Assembly: GCF_009936135.1 (NCBI RefSeq)
Contig: NZ_CP047901.1
Coordinates: 152,984-216,983 of the forward strand
DNA length: 64,000 nucleotides
Direction: 5' to 3'
From: Candidatus Chazhemtobacterium aquaticus
GTDB lineage: Bacteria > Patescibacteriota > Microgenomatia > UBA1400 > Chazhemtobacteraceae
Shown: piece after piece, positions 9,566-19,199 of the stretch
Position numbering within the stretch: position 1 is the first letter of the stretch
How the letters are laid out: the number at the start of each line of letters is the position of its first letter
Notes under the pieces: generated by a model
Databases searched by the model: none
Told to the model about the DNA's origin: nothing
What the model saw: the letters and a program-made list of their open reading frames with translations, nothing else
Translations under genes and position numbers: made by a program

Positions 9566-9970
9566 CGAATTACTAAGGACTTCTGTGTTATAAAACGAAA
9601 AGAGTATCGGGTAAAACAGAAGGCAATCAACAAGAAAATTGAGAAGCTACAGTTTGCCGATGAGGAATACTACATAACCTCATCTTACCTGCTAAAGCTG
9701 GCTGAAAACGCTGGAAAAATCTTTGAGAGTTCTGAAGCTCACGAAAAACGGCTACTTTTGAAAATGGCACTTCAGAACTTAGAGCTAAAGGGCAAAAAAG
9801 CCCGATATGACTGGATAAAACCGTTTGACAAGATAGCTTTTTACGCCTCTCGTCAAAGTTGGCTCGAGGATCGCAGTGTTAATATAACTAACTTATTTAT
9901 AGCGCCTAAGAATTATAAGTTAGTTAGTAAGTTACAAAAAGAGATGGAGGAAACCAAGAATTCTTCTTAA
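9566..9970 (+). pseudogene. C-terminal remnant of a site-specific (probably large serine) integrase
   Basis: ITKDF...YLLKLAENA...LQNLELKGKKARYDWIKPFDKIAFYASRQSWL; ungapped 58/99 aa identity (hand count) to 20433-20729; no catalytic N-terminus. Confidence 0.75.
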
Positions 9971-10346
9971 CTTTTTCGTCTTGGGCGACGTTAATTCCTT
10001 GTTGTTTCTTTAGATTTTCCTCAAATTCCTTCTGCCTTGCTTTATACTCTTCTTCTGTTACCAATCGCTCTTCGTATAAAGATTGGTAAAGAGAAAACGC
10101 TGATGCTTCAAGTGTCCAAACGGCATTTGCAACGTCTTTTACTGCAGAATACATATTATTGTTAACGTCGACAACAATTCTCCTTAAACCTGTGGATATG
10201 CCGTTCGCGTCCTGCTGCCAAATTTTAACCTGTGATTTCTTATGTTCAGCGTCTTTACGAGCAGCAGAAAACTGCCAAATGTTAATACCTACAGAAATAA
10301 TTCCAAATACTGTAGTAAAAATAGTCCAACCCTCGGCAGTATCCAT
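9924..10346 (-). CDS. Hypothetical protein, N-terminal TM helix plus helical domain
   Basis: 140-aa ORF; ATG 28 nt from an att-like site. Confidence 0.65.
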   Translation of the reverse strand: MDTAEGWTIFTTVFGIISVGINIWQFSAARKDAEHKKSQVKIWQQDANGISTGLRRIVVDVNNNMYSAVKDVANAVWTLEASAFSLYQSLYEERLVTEEEYKARQKEFEENLKKQQGINVAQDEKVKKNSWFPPSLFVTY

Positions 10347-10717
10347 ATTATATTGGTTATATTAACAACTAACCTGCTCCGAGCGCTGGACGCTATTCGA
10401 ACTTGCATTAAGCATGATAATACCAGCTTTTACTCCCTCCTAAGCGCTTAAATACTGTAAATTGCCTCCACTGCTTCCACTGCCTCCATTTTCCCATTGG
10501 TTTTTATGTAACGATTACACACCTCTGTCCTCGAGGGGTACCCCCGGGGTGGCCTTGTTAAAACCTCTTACCTCCCCTGATGGAACAAAGCGCGAGTAAA
10601 GTAGCACCACCATAGAGATGTCGTTACCACCCCACACTATAAGCAAGATCTAATCTTTTTGAACCCTCCCTTCCGCTCTAACAGCTATAATTCACACTAT
10701 TCCTTCATTTATTCAGT

Positions 10718-11854
10718 TCATCTCAACACCACGTCCTCCAACAAATATTGACATAGGACCTCAGCCGAATATCGTTTGCTTCCTTCCAAACAGCTCTGTG
10801 ATAACTGACTCCAGTTACCAGGATCGTTAAGTAAGTTTAAAAACTGCACCATTTCTTTTCTTTGATCCATATCCATCAATGCTCCGAACGATCCATTAGT
10901 CTCTTCAAAAATTTCTAACGAACCTGGAGACGGCAAACACAAAACTGGAGTACCTTCTCTAGCCGCTTCAACGGTCACCTGTCCCCAACTTTCCGTCCGC
11001 GATGGCATAAACAAGAGATGTGATCCTGCGTAATAGTCGGCCAATTCCGGCCATCCTTTTTCTCCAACAAACTCAACAGGTAAACCACTAGTCTCTTGTT
11101 TTAACATCTGAAAATATTTCGGATCAGCAATTGGCCCAACTACTCTTATGTTCCAGTTCTCAATATTACTTCGCTTTAGTTCCTCTCCCAGCAATCTGAT
11201 GTTTTCTAAACCTTTCTCTGAAGATATCCTCGACACAACCAATATATTAAATTGGGATACACCTCGTTGATCAAAACTTAAATACTCCCTCTCTGGTCTG
11301 GGATGAAGTGGCGGTCTGTGGATAGTCACACCATTTTCGTCTTGAGCAATACCGGCCAAGACCAGCGAGTGCGCCACCGATCTTGAGTTAGCAATATGCC
11401 TTACACCATAGTCCTTCATTGACCGCCGCAAAGCGGTGACTAACCCCCTAGATGGCTTCCTTAACCAATGCTTTACTTCATCAATGGCTTTATCAAACTT
11501 TCTCTCGTGAGGCTGGTCTGTTTTAGTACGCCAATAAGCCACTACCCTACCCTTTAACTCATCTGGCAGCATATAAAAAGTTGCCAAGCCGTATCTCGTC
11601 GGATGGATCAATAAAATGGAGTCCGGGTTAACTCTTGAAATTTCTTCTGCAGCATCATGGGCTTCCAAGATAAAGTTTTTATCCCCACGTGGAGATAAAA
11701 ATTTCAGACCACCCAGTTGCGATGTCCATAGGTCAGCGTATGTCTGTAGCGAACTCGGTATACCACCTACCCCGTCCATACCATGGTCTGAAACTACAAC
11801 CAAATTCGATCCCGCCAACCTTTCCTTGGAAACTTCCCTCTCCAGGCGACTCAT
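10718..11854 (-). CDS. Glycosyltransferase family 4 (GT-B)
   Basis: VVSRISSEKGL, FMPSRTESWGQVTVEAAREGTPV (E-x7-E). Confidence 0.85.
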   Translation of the reverse strand: MSRLEREVSKERLAGSNLVVVSDHGMDGVGGIPSSLQTYADLWTSQLGGLKFLSPRGDKNFILEAHDAAEEISRVNPDSILLIHPTRYGLATFYMLPDELKGRVVAYWRTKTDQPHERKFDKAIDEVKHWLRKPSRGLVTALRRSMKDYGVRHIANSRSVAHSLVLAGIAQDENGVTIHRPPLHPRPEREYLSFDQRGVSQFNILVVSRISSEKGLENIRLLGEELKRSNIENWNIRVVGPIADPKYFQMLKQETSGLPVEFVGEKGWPELADYYAGSHLLFMPSRTESWGQVTVEAAREGTPVLCLPSPGSLEIFEETNGSFGALMDMDQRKEMVQFLNLLNDPGNWSQLSQSCLEGSKRYSAEVLCQYLLEDVVLR

Positions 11855-12345
11855 TTTAATAACCTAGTAAGCTGCCTATACAAATAAGTCAAAATTATTT
11901 CCGGCGACCGCAAATAATATAAAAAGAGCTTCTTGGTATTTATGTCCTGTTTTCTTTCAATAACACTTTCCAAATTCTTCGCAGCATCCTCAACCCAAAC
12001 CTTTTGATAAAAAGGTAGCTGAGAAGGTAGGCGTTTTAATGGCCAATACCTAACCGCCGCCGTTTCTTTTCCCAAACGGGGCTTTCCCGACACCACCCGA
12101 CACTCAAAGACATAGGTCTTGCCAGTTGGCTTGTTAGTCTGTTTTTGATAAACACCAGTTTGTCTTACCACCCTAACCTTAAAGCCCGTCTCCTCTTCGG
12201 TTTCCCTCTTAGAAGCATACTTGGGCTCTTCATTTGGGCCAATGCCTCCTCCAGGTACTACCCATACAGGCAGATCCCGCCTCTTTACCAGCAACACTCC
12301 TTTTCTAGTTTTGTTAAACACAATACCTGCCGCTCCATTTGTCAT
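11851..12345 (-). CDS. NUDIX hydrolase
   Basis: Nudix box GGGIGPNEEPKYASKRETEEETG. Confidence 0.9.
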   Translation of the reverse strand: MTNGAAGIVFNKTRKGVLLVKRRDLPVWVVPGGGIGPNEEPKYASKRETEEETGFKVRVVRQTGVYQKQTNKPTGKTYVFECRVVSGKPRLGKETAAVRYWPLKRLPSQLPFYQKVWVEDAAKNLESVIERKQDINTKKLFLYYLRSPEIILTYLYRQLTRLLK

Positions 12346-13250
12346 TTGTTTTTTAAGTGATATTTGATAACTTTACTCGCGGAAATGCCCCAATATACCA
12401 ACAGTCCCGCTTCAAGCATAATTCTCATCAGTAAATTATGCTCTGGAAGAAAGTGTTTGTTGTTAAACCTTCTCATTGAGCGGTAAAGATCAAGACTGGA
12501 CTTAAATGGAGCCTTTGCCCTACTCTTTCCTCCATGATGTACAACCTCAACCTCTGGAAAATAAAAAATGTCCCAAGTTTCACCAGTTTCCGGGTTGACT
12601 GTTTGACCTATACGATACATCCAATCAACGTCTTCTATCATCATGAAATATCCTTCATCCAACAAACCTGCCTGCTCAATTGCTTCCCTTCGTACCATCA
12701 TACAAGCCCCTGATACTGCCCCAACCTCTGCGGTTTCATTAGGATCGAGGTGACTAAGACTATATTGGCTAAATCGCGGATCATCAGGAAACAACTTCTT
12801 CAAGCCCAAGGCCTTGGCCAACATATTTTGGGGCGTTGGTAAACCCCTGCGGCAACGCCAATCAACCGAACCATCATTGTGGACTAACTTGGGGCCAACC
12901 ACTCCCACATTTTGGTTCTCCTTTAAGAAGTTAACCAAACTACCTAATGCTTCCTCAGTTACCTCTGTATCGGGGTTTAGAAGCAATACGAAAGGAGTAT
13001 CTGTCTCTTCAATTACCTTGTTATTTGCCCCAGCAAAACCGACATTTTTCTCGCTCTCTATTACCCTCACTTCAGGAAATTTATCAGTTACTTGCCTAAA
13101 CGGCTCTGGCGAAGCATTGTCAACCACTACGGTTTCAAAGATTACCCCTTGATCCTGACGTAAAGACTCCAAACAAGCATCAAGATAGTCGGCACTATTG
13201 TAGTTGACTATAATTACCGAAAGCTCTGGTCTATTTTCTCTTTCAGCCAT
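12342..13250 (-). CDS. Glycosyltransferase family 2 (WbbL-like)
   Basis: SVIIVNYN, VVDNAS, NVGFAGANN, LLLNPD, SGACMMVRR, EDVD; start re-called to ATG 13250. Confidence 0.9.
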   Translation of the reverse strand: MAERENRPELSVIIVNYNSADYLDACLESLRQDQGVIFETVVVDNASPEPFRQVTDKFPEVRVIESEKNVGFAGANNKVIEETDTPFVLLLNPDTEVTEEALGSLVNFLKENQNVGVVGPKLVHNDGSVDWRCRRGLPTPQNMLAKALGLKKLFPDDPRFSQYSLSHLDPNETAEVGAVSGACMMVRREAIEQAGLLDEGYFMMIEDVDWMYRIGQTVNPETGETWDIFYFPEVEVVHHGGKSRAKAPFKSSLDLYRSMRRFNNKHFLPEHNLLMRIMLEAGLLVYWGISASKVIKYHLKNK

Positions 13251-13251
13251 A

Positions 13252-14211
13252 TTAAAAGATACTATGTTCACCCATTGTTAAATACCAATTATCTACTAAC
13301 TCCTGGGCCGGAAAAAAGCCACCTGCAGTAAACATCGCCAACCGTCTTCCCCAACTGTTTTTTCTAAAACCCAACTCCTGTAACCACTGGCTCTCTGGAG
13401 CCACCAAGGGATAAGAAGAAACAAGTTTCATCCCCATTTGTGCTAATGCCTGTTGGCTGCCATCAACAACTTCTAAGAAACTCTCCTTGCCCATCGCTAC
13501 AACATCAACAATGTGCCCCTTGGTCTCTCCATAACTCTTAATAACCGCTACTGCCTCGCCTGACGAGGAACCAATAAAGCGGTAGTTACCAGACGGGTTT
13601 TCTAAATATCTCCATCTTAGATAGTCCACGCTTCTTACTGTTCCCGGGTTGGCAAATAGTCTCCGGTAATACAAAGCTGGCGCTAAACTCAAAAATTCCT
13701 CACCACTTAGCTCTACAAAAGTTCCCTTAACAGAAACTAATGGCCTCTCCCATAAAAATGCTTCCCTTTGTGCCGTCGCCCTCTTAAGCACCGTCCCTGC
13801 CGAAAAACTATTTGGAAATAAAATTGCGAAGTCAATACCATTAACATCAATTAGCTGGTGACGCACCTCCTGTATCAATTTATAAAGAGTGATGCCGCCC
13901 CTTAGTGATGGTTTGACTACACCCTCAATAATCTCTGCCCCTCTTATTGTATGATCACCTACCTGAACATCCTTAATTGTCGCTCCCAAATGGCCGGCTA
14001 CTTCTCCATCCTCCTGAAGCGCAACCAACCGTACAGAAGACCCATCCCTATATCTCCAGTCCCAACCGCTCATGTCACCTGCCATTAATTGTTGGATATA
14101 CGGACTGTAGTCCTTATAACCAAAAACATCCTGGTATAACCTTAAAGTGCTTTCGCTATGCTTAGCTTCAAAGGGAACTGTTTGAGTGTAAAAACCTCTT
14201 AGTCTTTCCAT
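13252..14211 (-). CDS. GNAT-family acyltransferase (two-domain)
   Basis: WDWRY...GEVAGH...VVKPSLRGG...FPNSFS...RSVDYLRWRYLENP. Confidence 0.7.
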   Translation of the reverse strand: MERLRGFYTQTVPFEAKHSESTLRLYQDVFGYKDYSPYIQQLMAGDMSGWDWRYRDGSSVRLVALQEDGEVAGHLGATIKDVQVGDHTIRGAEIIEGVVKPSLRGGITLYKLIQEVRHQLIDVNGIDFAILFPNSFSAGTVLKRATAQREAFLWERPLVSVKGTFVELSGEEFLSLAPALYYRRLFANPGTVRSVDYLRWRYLENPSGNYRFIGSSSGEAVAVIKSYGETKGHIVDVVAMGKESFLEVVDGSQQALAQMGMKLVSSYPLVAPESQWLQELGFRKNSWGRRLAMFTAGGFFPAQELVDNWYLTMGEHSIF

Positions 14212-14213
14212 TA

Positions 14214-15236
14214 TTAATCAATTAATTGATAAAAACCCTCTACTGCTTTAGCCATGACAACTTTCGACAAGTCTTTTTGCCGCAGCAAGCTATAAAACCT
14301 TGATGAGCTTAGAACAGCCATCCTCGACAAAAAAACCAGTTGATAACACGCCGCCCGCTGCTTCCACGAGTTATCCCCGACACTTGTAAGATAACTCCCC
14401 AGCACCATTGCCTCTGTTTCCATTAGTGAAACCAAATTGGGAACATCAGCCGAGTACTCAATTACATTTTTATTTCCCCGGAGAGAGTAAGAGCAACTGA
14501 CATCATTGGGATCATTAACGGTCAATGCCCACTGTCCGATCTGTCTAGCAATGATGTAGGCCGGGTCATACCAACCAGCCTTTTCAAAGTCAATTAATAC
14601 CCATCTTCCATCTTGAGCTATCAAAATATTTGATCCATTGGCATCACCAGTATCCAGCACTATCTCTTCTGGCTCTCCCACCAAAGAAACAGCCAAACCA
14701 AAAGTATCCTTCAAAGAAGGGTACTCTCTACCATTAATTACCATTGGTTGATCCCCGGCAAAACCAACTTTTCCACTTTCCAAACTCTTACCTATTTTCT
14801 TCAAGGTTTTTTCTGTCAAACGGCGGTGGTCATATACAGTCTTTTCCTCACCCGCCTTCCGCATATTTCCCGTCCATAATGCCATAGTCCTGTCTACATA
14901 GTCCTGATATGTTTGAAACGCTTCTTGCCTGTCTCCTCGAACCAAGTCAAACAACTCTTCTCCCTCAAAAAACTCATACTCGATCCCCCAATTAGAAACG
15001 GACAATATTTTAGGCTTAGGAAATATCTCTGGCACCAAACCATACCCTTCAACCTCTTTCTTCACTCTTCCCGGCGTCCCCATCTTCAAAATAATCTTCT
15101 CCCCATCCTCCTTCTCAAGGACACAAACATAAAAAGGGGAACCCGGACGAACTTCTATCTCGCTGGAAAAATTAGCTTCTTTAAGTTTGGGCAGGTTGAC
15201 GATACGGCTGACTTGCCGCTCAACCATTTCTAACAT
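14214..15236 (-). CDS. Phosphotransferase (APH/choline-kinase-like fold)
   Basis: IILKMG, TGDANGSNILI, WVLIDFE. Confidence 0.7.
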   Translation of the reverse strand: MLEMVERQVSRIVNLPKLKEANFSSEIEVRPGSPFYVCVLEKEDGEKIILKMGTPGRVKKEVEGYGLVPEIFPKPKILSVSNWGIEYEFFEGEELFDLVRGDRQEAFQTYQDYVDRTMALWTGNMRKAGEEKTVYDHRRLTEKTLKKIGKSLESGKVGFAGDQPMVINGREYPSLKDTFGLAVSLVGEPEEIVLDTGDANGSNILIAQDGRWVLIDFEKAGWYDPAYIIARQIGQWALTVNDPNDVSCSYSLRGNKNVIEYSADVPNLVSLMETEAMVLGSYLTSVGDNSWKQRAACYQLVFLSRMAVLSSSRFYSLLRQKDLSKVVMAKAVEGFYQLID

Positions 15237-15355
15237 TATGTGTGCATTATATAAGGTATTTCCCTATCTGTCGATAAAAAACTCCTCAAATGTAGTTCAA
15301 ATTTTTTGCGGAATCAGATACTAACTTTCCTCTCCGATCCTTCTCCCAACCCCTT

Positions 15356-15976
15356 TTAGACCGACTTCTTCTCAGCGTCCACCATCCGTTTATCCCAATC
15401 TCCATCCCACCCCTGAATTTTGGCTTGCTGACAAAGTTCAATAAGTTCTTTGTACTTACCTTGCTTCTTTAGGATGATAGCCAATTGCGTGTACCCAGCG
15501 TGACCAGGTAATGGCTGTTTGGGATATTCCTTCAGGAATTGTTTAGCTGCTGCCGGAGCAATCTTTATTTGGTTCTCACAAGCCTTAATTGCTTCATCTA
15601 GTGCATCGGGGTTAGCATCCCGTTCTCGATAGTAAATCTCCATCCGTTGTTGTAGTGCAAAATGCTGATCAAGAATATCATCACCTTCATCAGCCAACTC
15701 GTTTGCTTTTTCGATGATTTTCTTCGCTATCTCTCTGTCTCCTGGCTTGTTAAACCAACCAGCAAGGCAATGCAACAAACCCGCCGCGGTTTGTGATGAG
15801 TAGGTAAGCTTTCCCTCTGTTAGCGGCTTTGTTTCAGAATCACCACCCATGGGATGATACACCTCTTCAATCCGGTTTCTTTCATCCTTGGTAAACATGG
15901 ACAACCACCAATCCTCCAAACCATAGTAACCAATATCACCTTCGATTTTCTTTGGTTTGTTAAAAAGTCCCAGCAT
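15356..15976 (-). CDS. Helical/TPR-like hypothetical protein
   Basis: YTQLAIILKKQGKYKELIELCQQA; translationally coupled to the upstream gene. Confidence 0.7.
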   Translation of the reverse strand: MLGLFNKPKKIEGDIGYYGLEDWWLSMFTKDERNRIEEVYHPMGGDSETKPLTEGKLTYSSQTAAGLLHCLAGWFNKPGDREIAKKIIEKANELADEGDDILDQHFALQQRMEIYYRERDANPDALDEAIKACENQIKIAPAAAKQFLKEYPKQPLPGHAGYTQLAIILKKQGKYKELIELCQQAKIQGWDGDWDKRMVDAEKKSV

Positions 15977-17118
15977 TATTTAATCCTCACTAATAATGCG
16001 ATGTGATGCTCAAATGTTTTAGCAAACTCAGTAAAGGCGTCAAAGTTACTAAACATAAAAGACTCCTCTAGTCCCGCCTCTGAAGTGAGTGTTAAGTCAC
16101 CGTACTTCACAATCGGAATTTGGTAGTTACCCTTAAATCGTCGATCGCGAGAACCATCTTTGTTTGTTTTCTTCCATGTATGCTGGATTACCTCGGTGTC
16201 ACCAGGAACTTTTTCTTCTTCGACATATCCAGTAAGCTTCATTACTGCCTTTATTTCTTTCAAATCAAAAATACCAAACTCTTGATTGCCCTTATACAAA
16301 AGTAAAAAAGTGGGAAAGAAAAACAAATCTGGACCGTTACTATTTGCTAGGTACAAAGAGGGCAGATCACTTTTGATGAAATCGACCACTTTTTTATCAT
16401 CTCCGTTAATGAGAGTGCGCTTAGTGGCGGTTTGGGCAATAGTACGAGCTTTGGCTTTATCAACCGACTCAGCGTAGGTTAAATCCCAAATCTTCTTACT
16501 CTTCATCAGCTCGTCGAATGCGTCAATGCAGTTTAGCCAGCTCTTCTCCAACTGTGACTTATCTGCAAAGGTAAGCTTGACGTAAGTTTCCAAGACTAAT
16601 TCCTCAATTTTTTTGACGAGCTTTTGCTGATCGGTACGCATAACAGCGATTTTCTTGTTGAAGAATCCAACAATCAAAGGAAAACTGAGTAAATGAGCAG
16701 CTGTTAAGGCGTAAAACTTGATCTTAGCTGACCGAAGTTCTTTGTTAAGCTCCATTCGCTTGTTATAGATGTCAGTCACCTGATTTCGCAGCTCCACAAA
16801 ATTCTTACTCGTCACAGTTAAGGCCTTACTAGAGCTCCTGATTATGTTCCCCGTATTTGATATTTCGATGCCTGGACGAAGATCGTCATTAGCATTACGC
16901 GAGGATGAGTTCTTTCGCGTTTTCGGGACTTTAAGGAGCCTGTCAACACCCACAGTGGTCCTACTATAGACACGGTTGTAAAGTGCTTTTTTGGGATTTG
17001 TAAGCAACCCCATACCTCTTGGAGCCTTAAGACCCAAACTATGACGCACAACTCGCTTCCAGGAGGTTCTGGCAGCAATTCTTTTTTTAAGAGAGGGTGT
17101 TCTTAGTCCAAATTTCAT
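15976..17118 (-). CDS. Hypothetical protein: basic N-terminus, TM helix and NKDGSRDRRF C-terminal domain (mobile-element-associated type)
   Basis: MKFGLRTPSLKKRIAART...NPKKALYNRVYSRTT; WKKTNKDGSRDRRFKGNYQIP. Confidence 0.7.
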   Translation of the reverse strand: MKFGLRTPSLKKRIAARTSWKRVVRHSLGLKAPRGMGLLTNPKKALYNRVYSRTTVGVDRLLKVPKTRKNSSSRNANDDLRPGIEISNTGNIIRSSSKALTVTSKNFVELRNQVTDIYNKRMELNKELRSAKIKFYALTAAHLLSFPLIVGFFNKKIAVMRTDQQKLVKKIEELVLETYVKLTFADKSQLEKSWLNCIDAFDELMKSKKIWDLTYAESVDKAKARTIAQTATKRTLINGDDKKVVDFIKSDLPSLYLANSNGPDLFFFPTFLLLYKGNQEFGIFDLKEIKAVMKLTGYVEEEKVPGDTEVIQHTWKKTNKDGSRDRRFKGNYQIPIVKYGDLTLTSEAGLEESFMFSNFDAFTEFAKTFEHHIALLVRIK

Positions 17119-17120
17119 AA

Positions 17121-18230
17121 TTAAAGACCACTTTCTAACTCCAAAACATCCAAACCTTTAAATGTCGGTATAGAAGATTGTCCAGCTATTCCTTGAACAT
17201 TCCCACAAACCCCCGCCAAGCCTAATAAATATCTATTTAATTGTTGTTCTCGCTTTTTCCATGAAGATTCATAAGCTTTCCTTTCTCTATCAATTTGATC
17301 TTTCATTTCCTGGTGAACCTCTACCATTGCCTCTACTTGTTGGCGAAATTCCGTCCCAGTAATGTAGTCAAACATCAAATCAGCCTTTTTACCTCTGTGT
17401 TCTCCTATTGCTTTTTGACGTGCGACATCATGTAAACGATCACGAAGTGCTGTAGCAAGAGGGACGACCAAGCTTGGCTTACAAACCCAAACGCCATCCC
17501 TAAATTCCATATCAGACTGCATGTTATTTGGAATCGTGCTCGAAACCAAAATCGCTACATCAGCACTTTCATTCCGTTGATCTTGTTTAAGTTTAGACAA
17601 CCAACTATCTGACCAGTTCTTCTGGTAGTTTTTAAATTCCCAAAGAATCACCCCACATTTCGTCCCATTTCGAGAACAAACCGTCTGTCTAATGTCTGCC
17701 CCGTTTTGTCCCTTTTTAATCTCATCTACCAAATCAAAGGCAAAGGTATCTCTTAATAGAGATTCTATTTCCAGCTCTAGGATCTCGCCTTGTGTTTGCT
17801 GAGATCCTTGTTGCAACTTGATCTGAGCATCTTTAAGTTGCTGCTCGAGATCACTCAACTTCTTGTCTTTTTCCCTATCCTTCAATTGATGCTCCGATTC
17901 TGCTTGCCTTCTAGCGTCAAGTCTAATCTTTTCTTCTTCCTCAGCTATAGTTTTTTTCATCTGAAGATCTCTCTCCTCATCCTTTCTTCTCAGACCTCTA
18001 ATCTCTGTATTTAAATCTTCCAATTGTTTAAGCAAGGCTTTATTCCTATCTTTTTCTTCATTTGCAGTTTCCGTGAGATTCTTGACTGTGAGCTCATATT
18101 GAGACTCAAGTTTTTTACCAGCATCCTGCTCTGCTTGTTTCCTCACTGATTCGAGCTCTTCCTCATGTTTTACACGCTCTGCTGCAATAACCTCATCCTG
18201 TATCTGCCTCGTCAAAGCTTCCGAAATTTC
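17121..18230 (-). CDS. DUF2130 domain coiled-coil protein, apparently 5'-truncated
   Basis: GSQQTQGEILELEIE, KGQNGADI.Q, GVILWEFK, WLSKLKQDQ. The frame opens at EISEALTRQI next to the att-like site 18234, with a stop just upstream. Confidence 0.75.
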   Translation of the reverse strand, partial: EISEALTRQIQDEVIAAERVKHEEELESVRKQAEQDAGKKLESQYELTVKNLTETANEEKDRNKALLKQLEDLNTEIRGLRRKDEERDLQMKKTIAEEEEKIRLDARRQAESEHQLKDREKDKKLSDLEQQLKDAQIKLQQGSQQTQGEILELEIESLLRDTFAFDLVDEIKKGQNGADIRQTVCSRNGTKCGVILWEFKNYQKNWSDSWLSKLKQDQRNESADVAILVSSTIPNNMQSDMEFRDGVWVCKPSLVVPLATALRDRLHDVARQKAIGEHRGKKADLMFDYITGTEFRQQVEAMVEVHQEMKDQIDRERKAYESSWKKREQQLNRYLLGLAGVCGNVQGIAGQSSIPTFKGLDVLELESGL

Positions 18231-18309
18231 ATTCTCCTCCCCCTACTGGACTCGTTCCTCAACCAAGAAATTGATCTATCAGAAACACTAATAAAGCTAG
18301 AAACCAAAA

Positions 18310-18999
18310 CTATTGCACCTCTATATCAAACTCTGGGGTAAGTAAAACTTCTTTACCTGTAGGTTTGAATTTATCTCCTTCAGTTTTCCCAAAAGACGAC
18401 GTTATAAAGGACCTTTCTTCCTTTGTGCCTAACACCTTGTCATAATCAAGATCTATTGCCACTATGTTAGGAAATACTTGCGTAATTCTCCATTCCTTTG
18501 AATCAGGAGTAACATCACCGATATACCAAATATCCTTAACTTTAGGATTTAAATTTGCAAATTTATCCTTCAAGATGGTTGCAGGGGGAATTACAACATT
18601 TCTCCGAACATAACAAAGTAAGGTAATATTTGGATCTACAATCTTATTCAATTTAATCTTCTTTACAGCTTCTACAATATCTTCTTCTTCAACTTCTTTC
18701 CTCCATTCAAAAACTTCAAGTTTCAACAGTTCCTTCGAATTACCAATCTCCCCTTCCACAAACGAGTAACAGTTAAAGTCTGGTGAACCATCATCTCTTA
18801 CAGGTGTAAACCACCATTCCATGCCAAACTTATCTTGAAGTGCGATCAGAAACATAGAAGCGATCCACGCCTCCCTCGTAACCTTATATCGCCTATCACT
18901 CAGTAAAACACCACCAACATTCAGATATGTCTTGGCAAAAAGACGCACGGCGGTGTAGGGACTAATCAAGACTTCTTCTTGTTTTTTACCCTTGGTCAT
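18310..18999 (-). CDS. Hypothetical protein, possible PD-(D/E)xK-like fold
   Basis: REAW...SPDF...LEVFE spacing; weak. Confidence 0.6.
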   Translation of the reverse strand: MTKGKKQEEVLISPYTAVRLFAKTYLNVGGVLLSDRRYKVTREAWIASMFLIALQDKFGMEWWFTPVRDDGSPDFNCYSFVEGEIGNSKELLKLEVFEWRKEVEEEDIVEAVKKIKLNKIVDPNITLLCYVRRNVVIPPATILKDKFANLNPKVKDIWYIGDVTPDSKEWRITQVFPNIVAIDLDYDKVLGTKEERSFITSSFGKTEGDKFKPTGKEVLLTPEFDIEVQ

Positions 19000-19007
19000 T
19001 CACAAAC

Positions 19008-19187
19008 CTAATAAAGACTCAAAGACGAAGTTGTCCGCCATTTTCCTTCTGTAGTAATCTCTTCTCTTTTTGTCTCAGGAATAAACGGCCCCATATCAAC
19101 ATAAATTTTCTTATACTCTTGCTTTGCCTTTTCAATTTTCTTAGTAATCTTCTTAACAGATGTAGCTTTTTTTATCGTCTTCTTCAT
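19008..19187 (-). CDS. 59-aa Lys-rich small protein (below ORF-track cutoff)
   Basis: MKKTIKKATSVKKITKKIEKAKQEYKKIYVDMGPFIPETKREEITTEGKWRTTSSLSLY*; fills the gap between two co-oriented genes. Confidence 0.6.
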   Translation of the reverse strand: MKKTIKKATSVKKITKKIEKAKQEYKKIYVDMGPFIPETKREEITTEGKWRTTSSLSLY

Positions 19188-19199
19188 ACTTTCAATATA

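Noticed and set aside
15240-15355. Additional att-like site (CTCCTC...LRNQILTFLSD)
   Set aside because: Spacing does not match the other sites well; kept only as a weak candidate.
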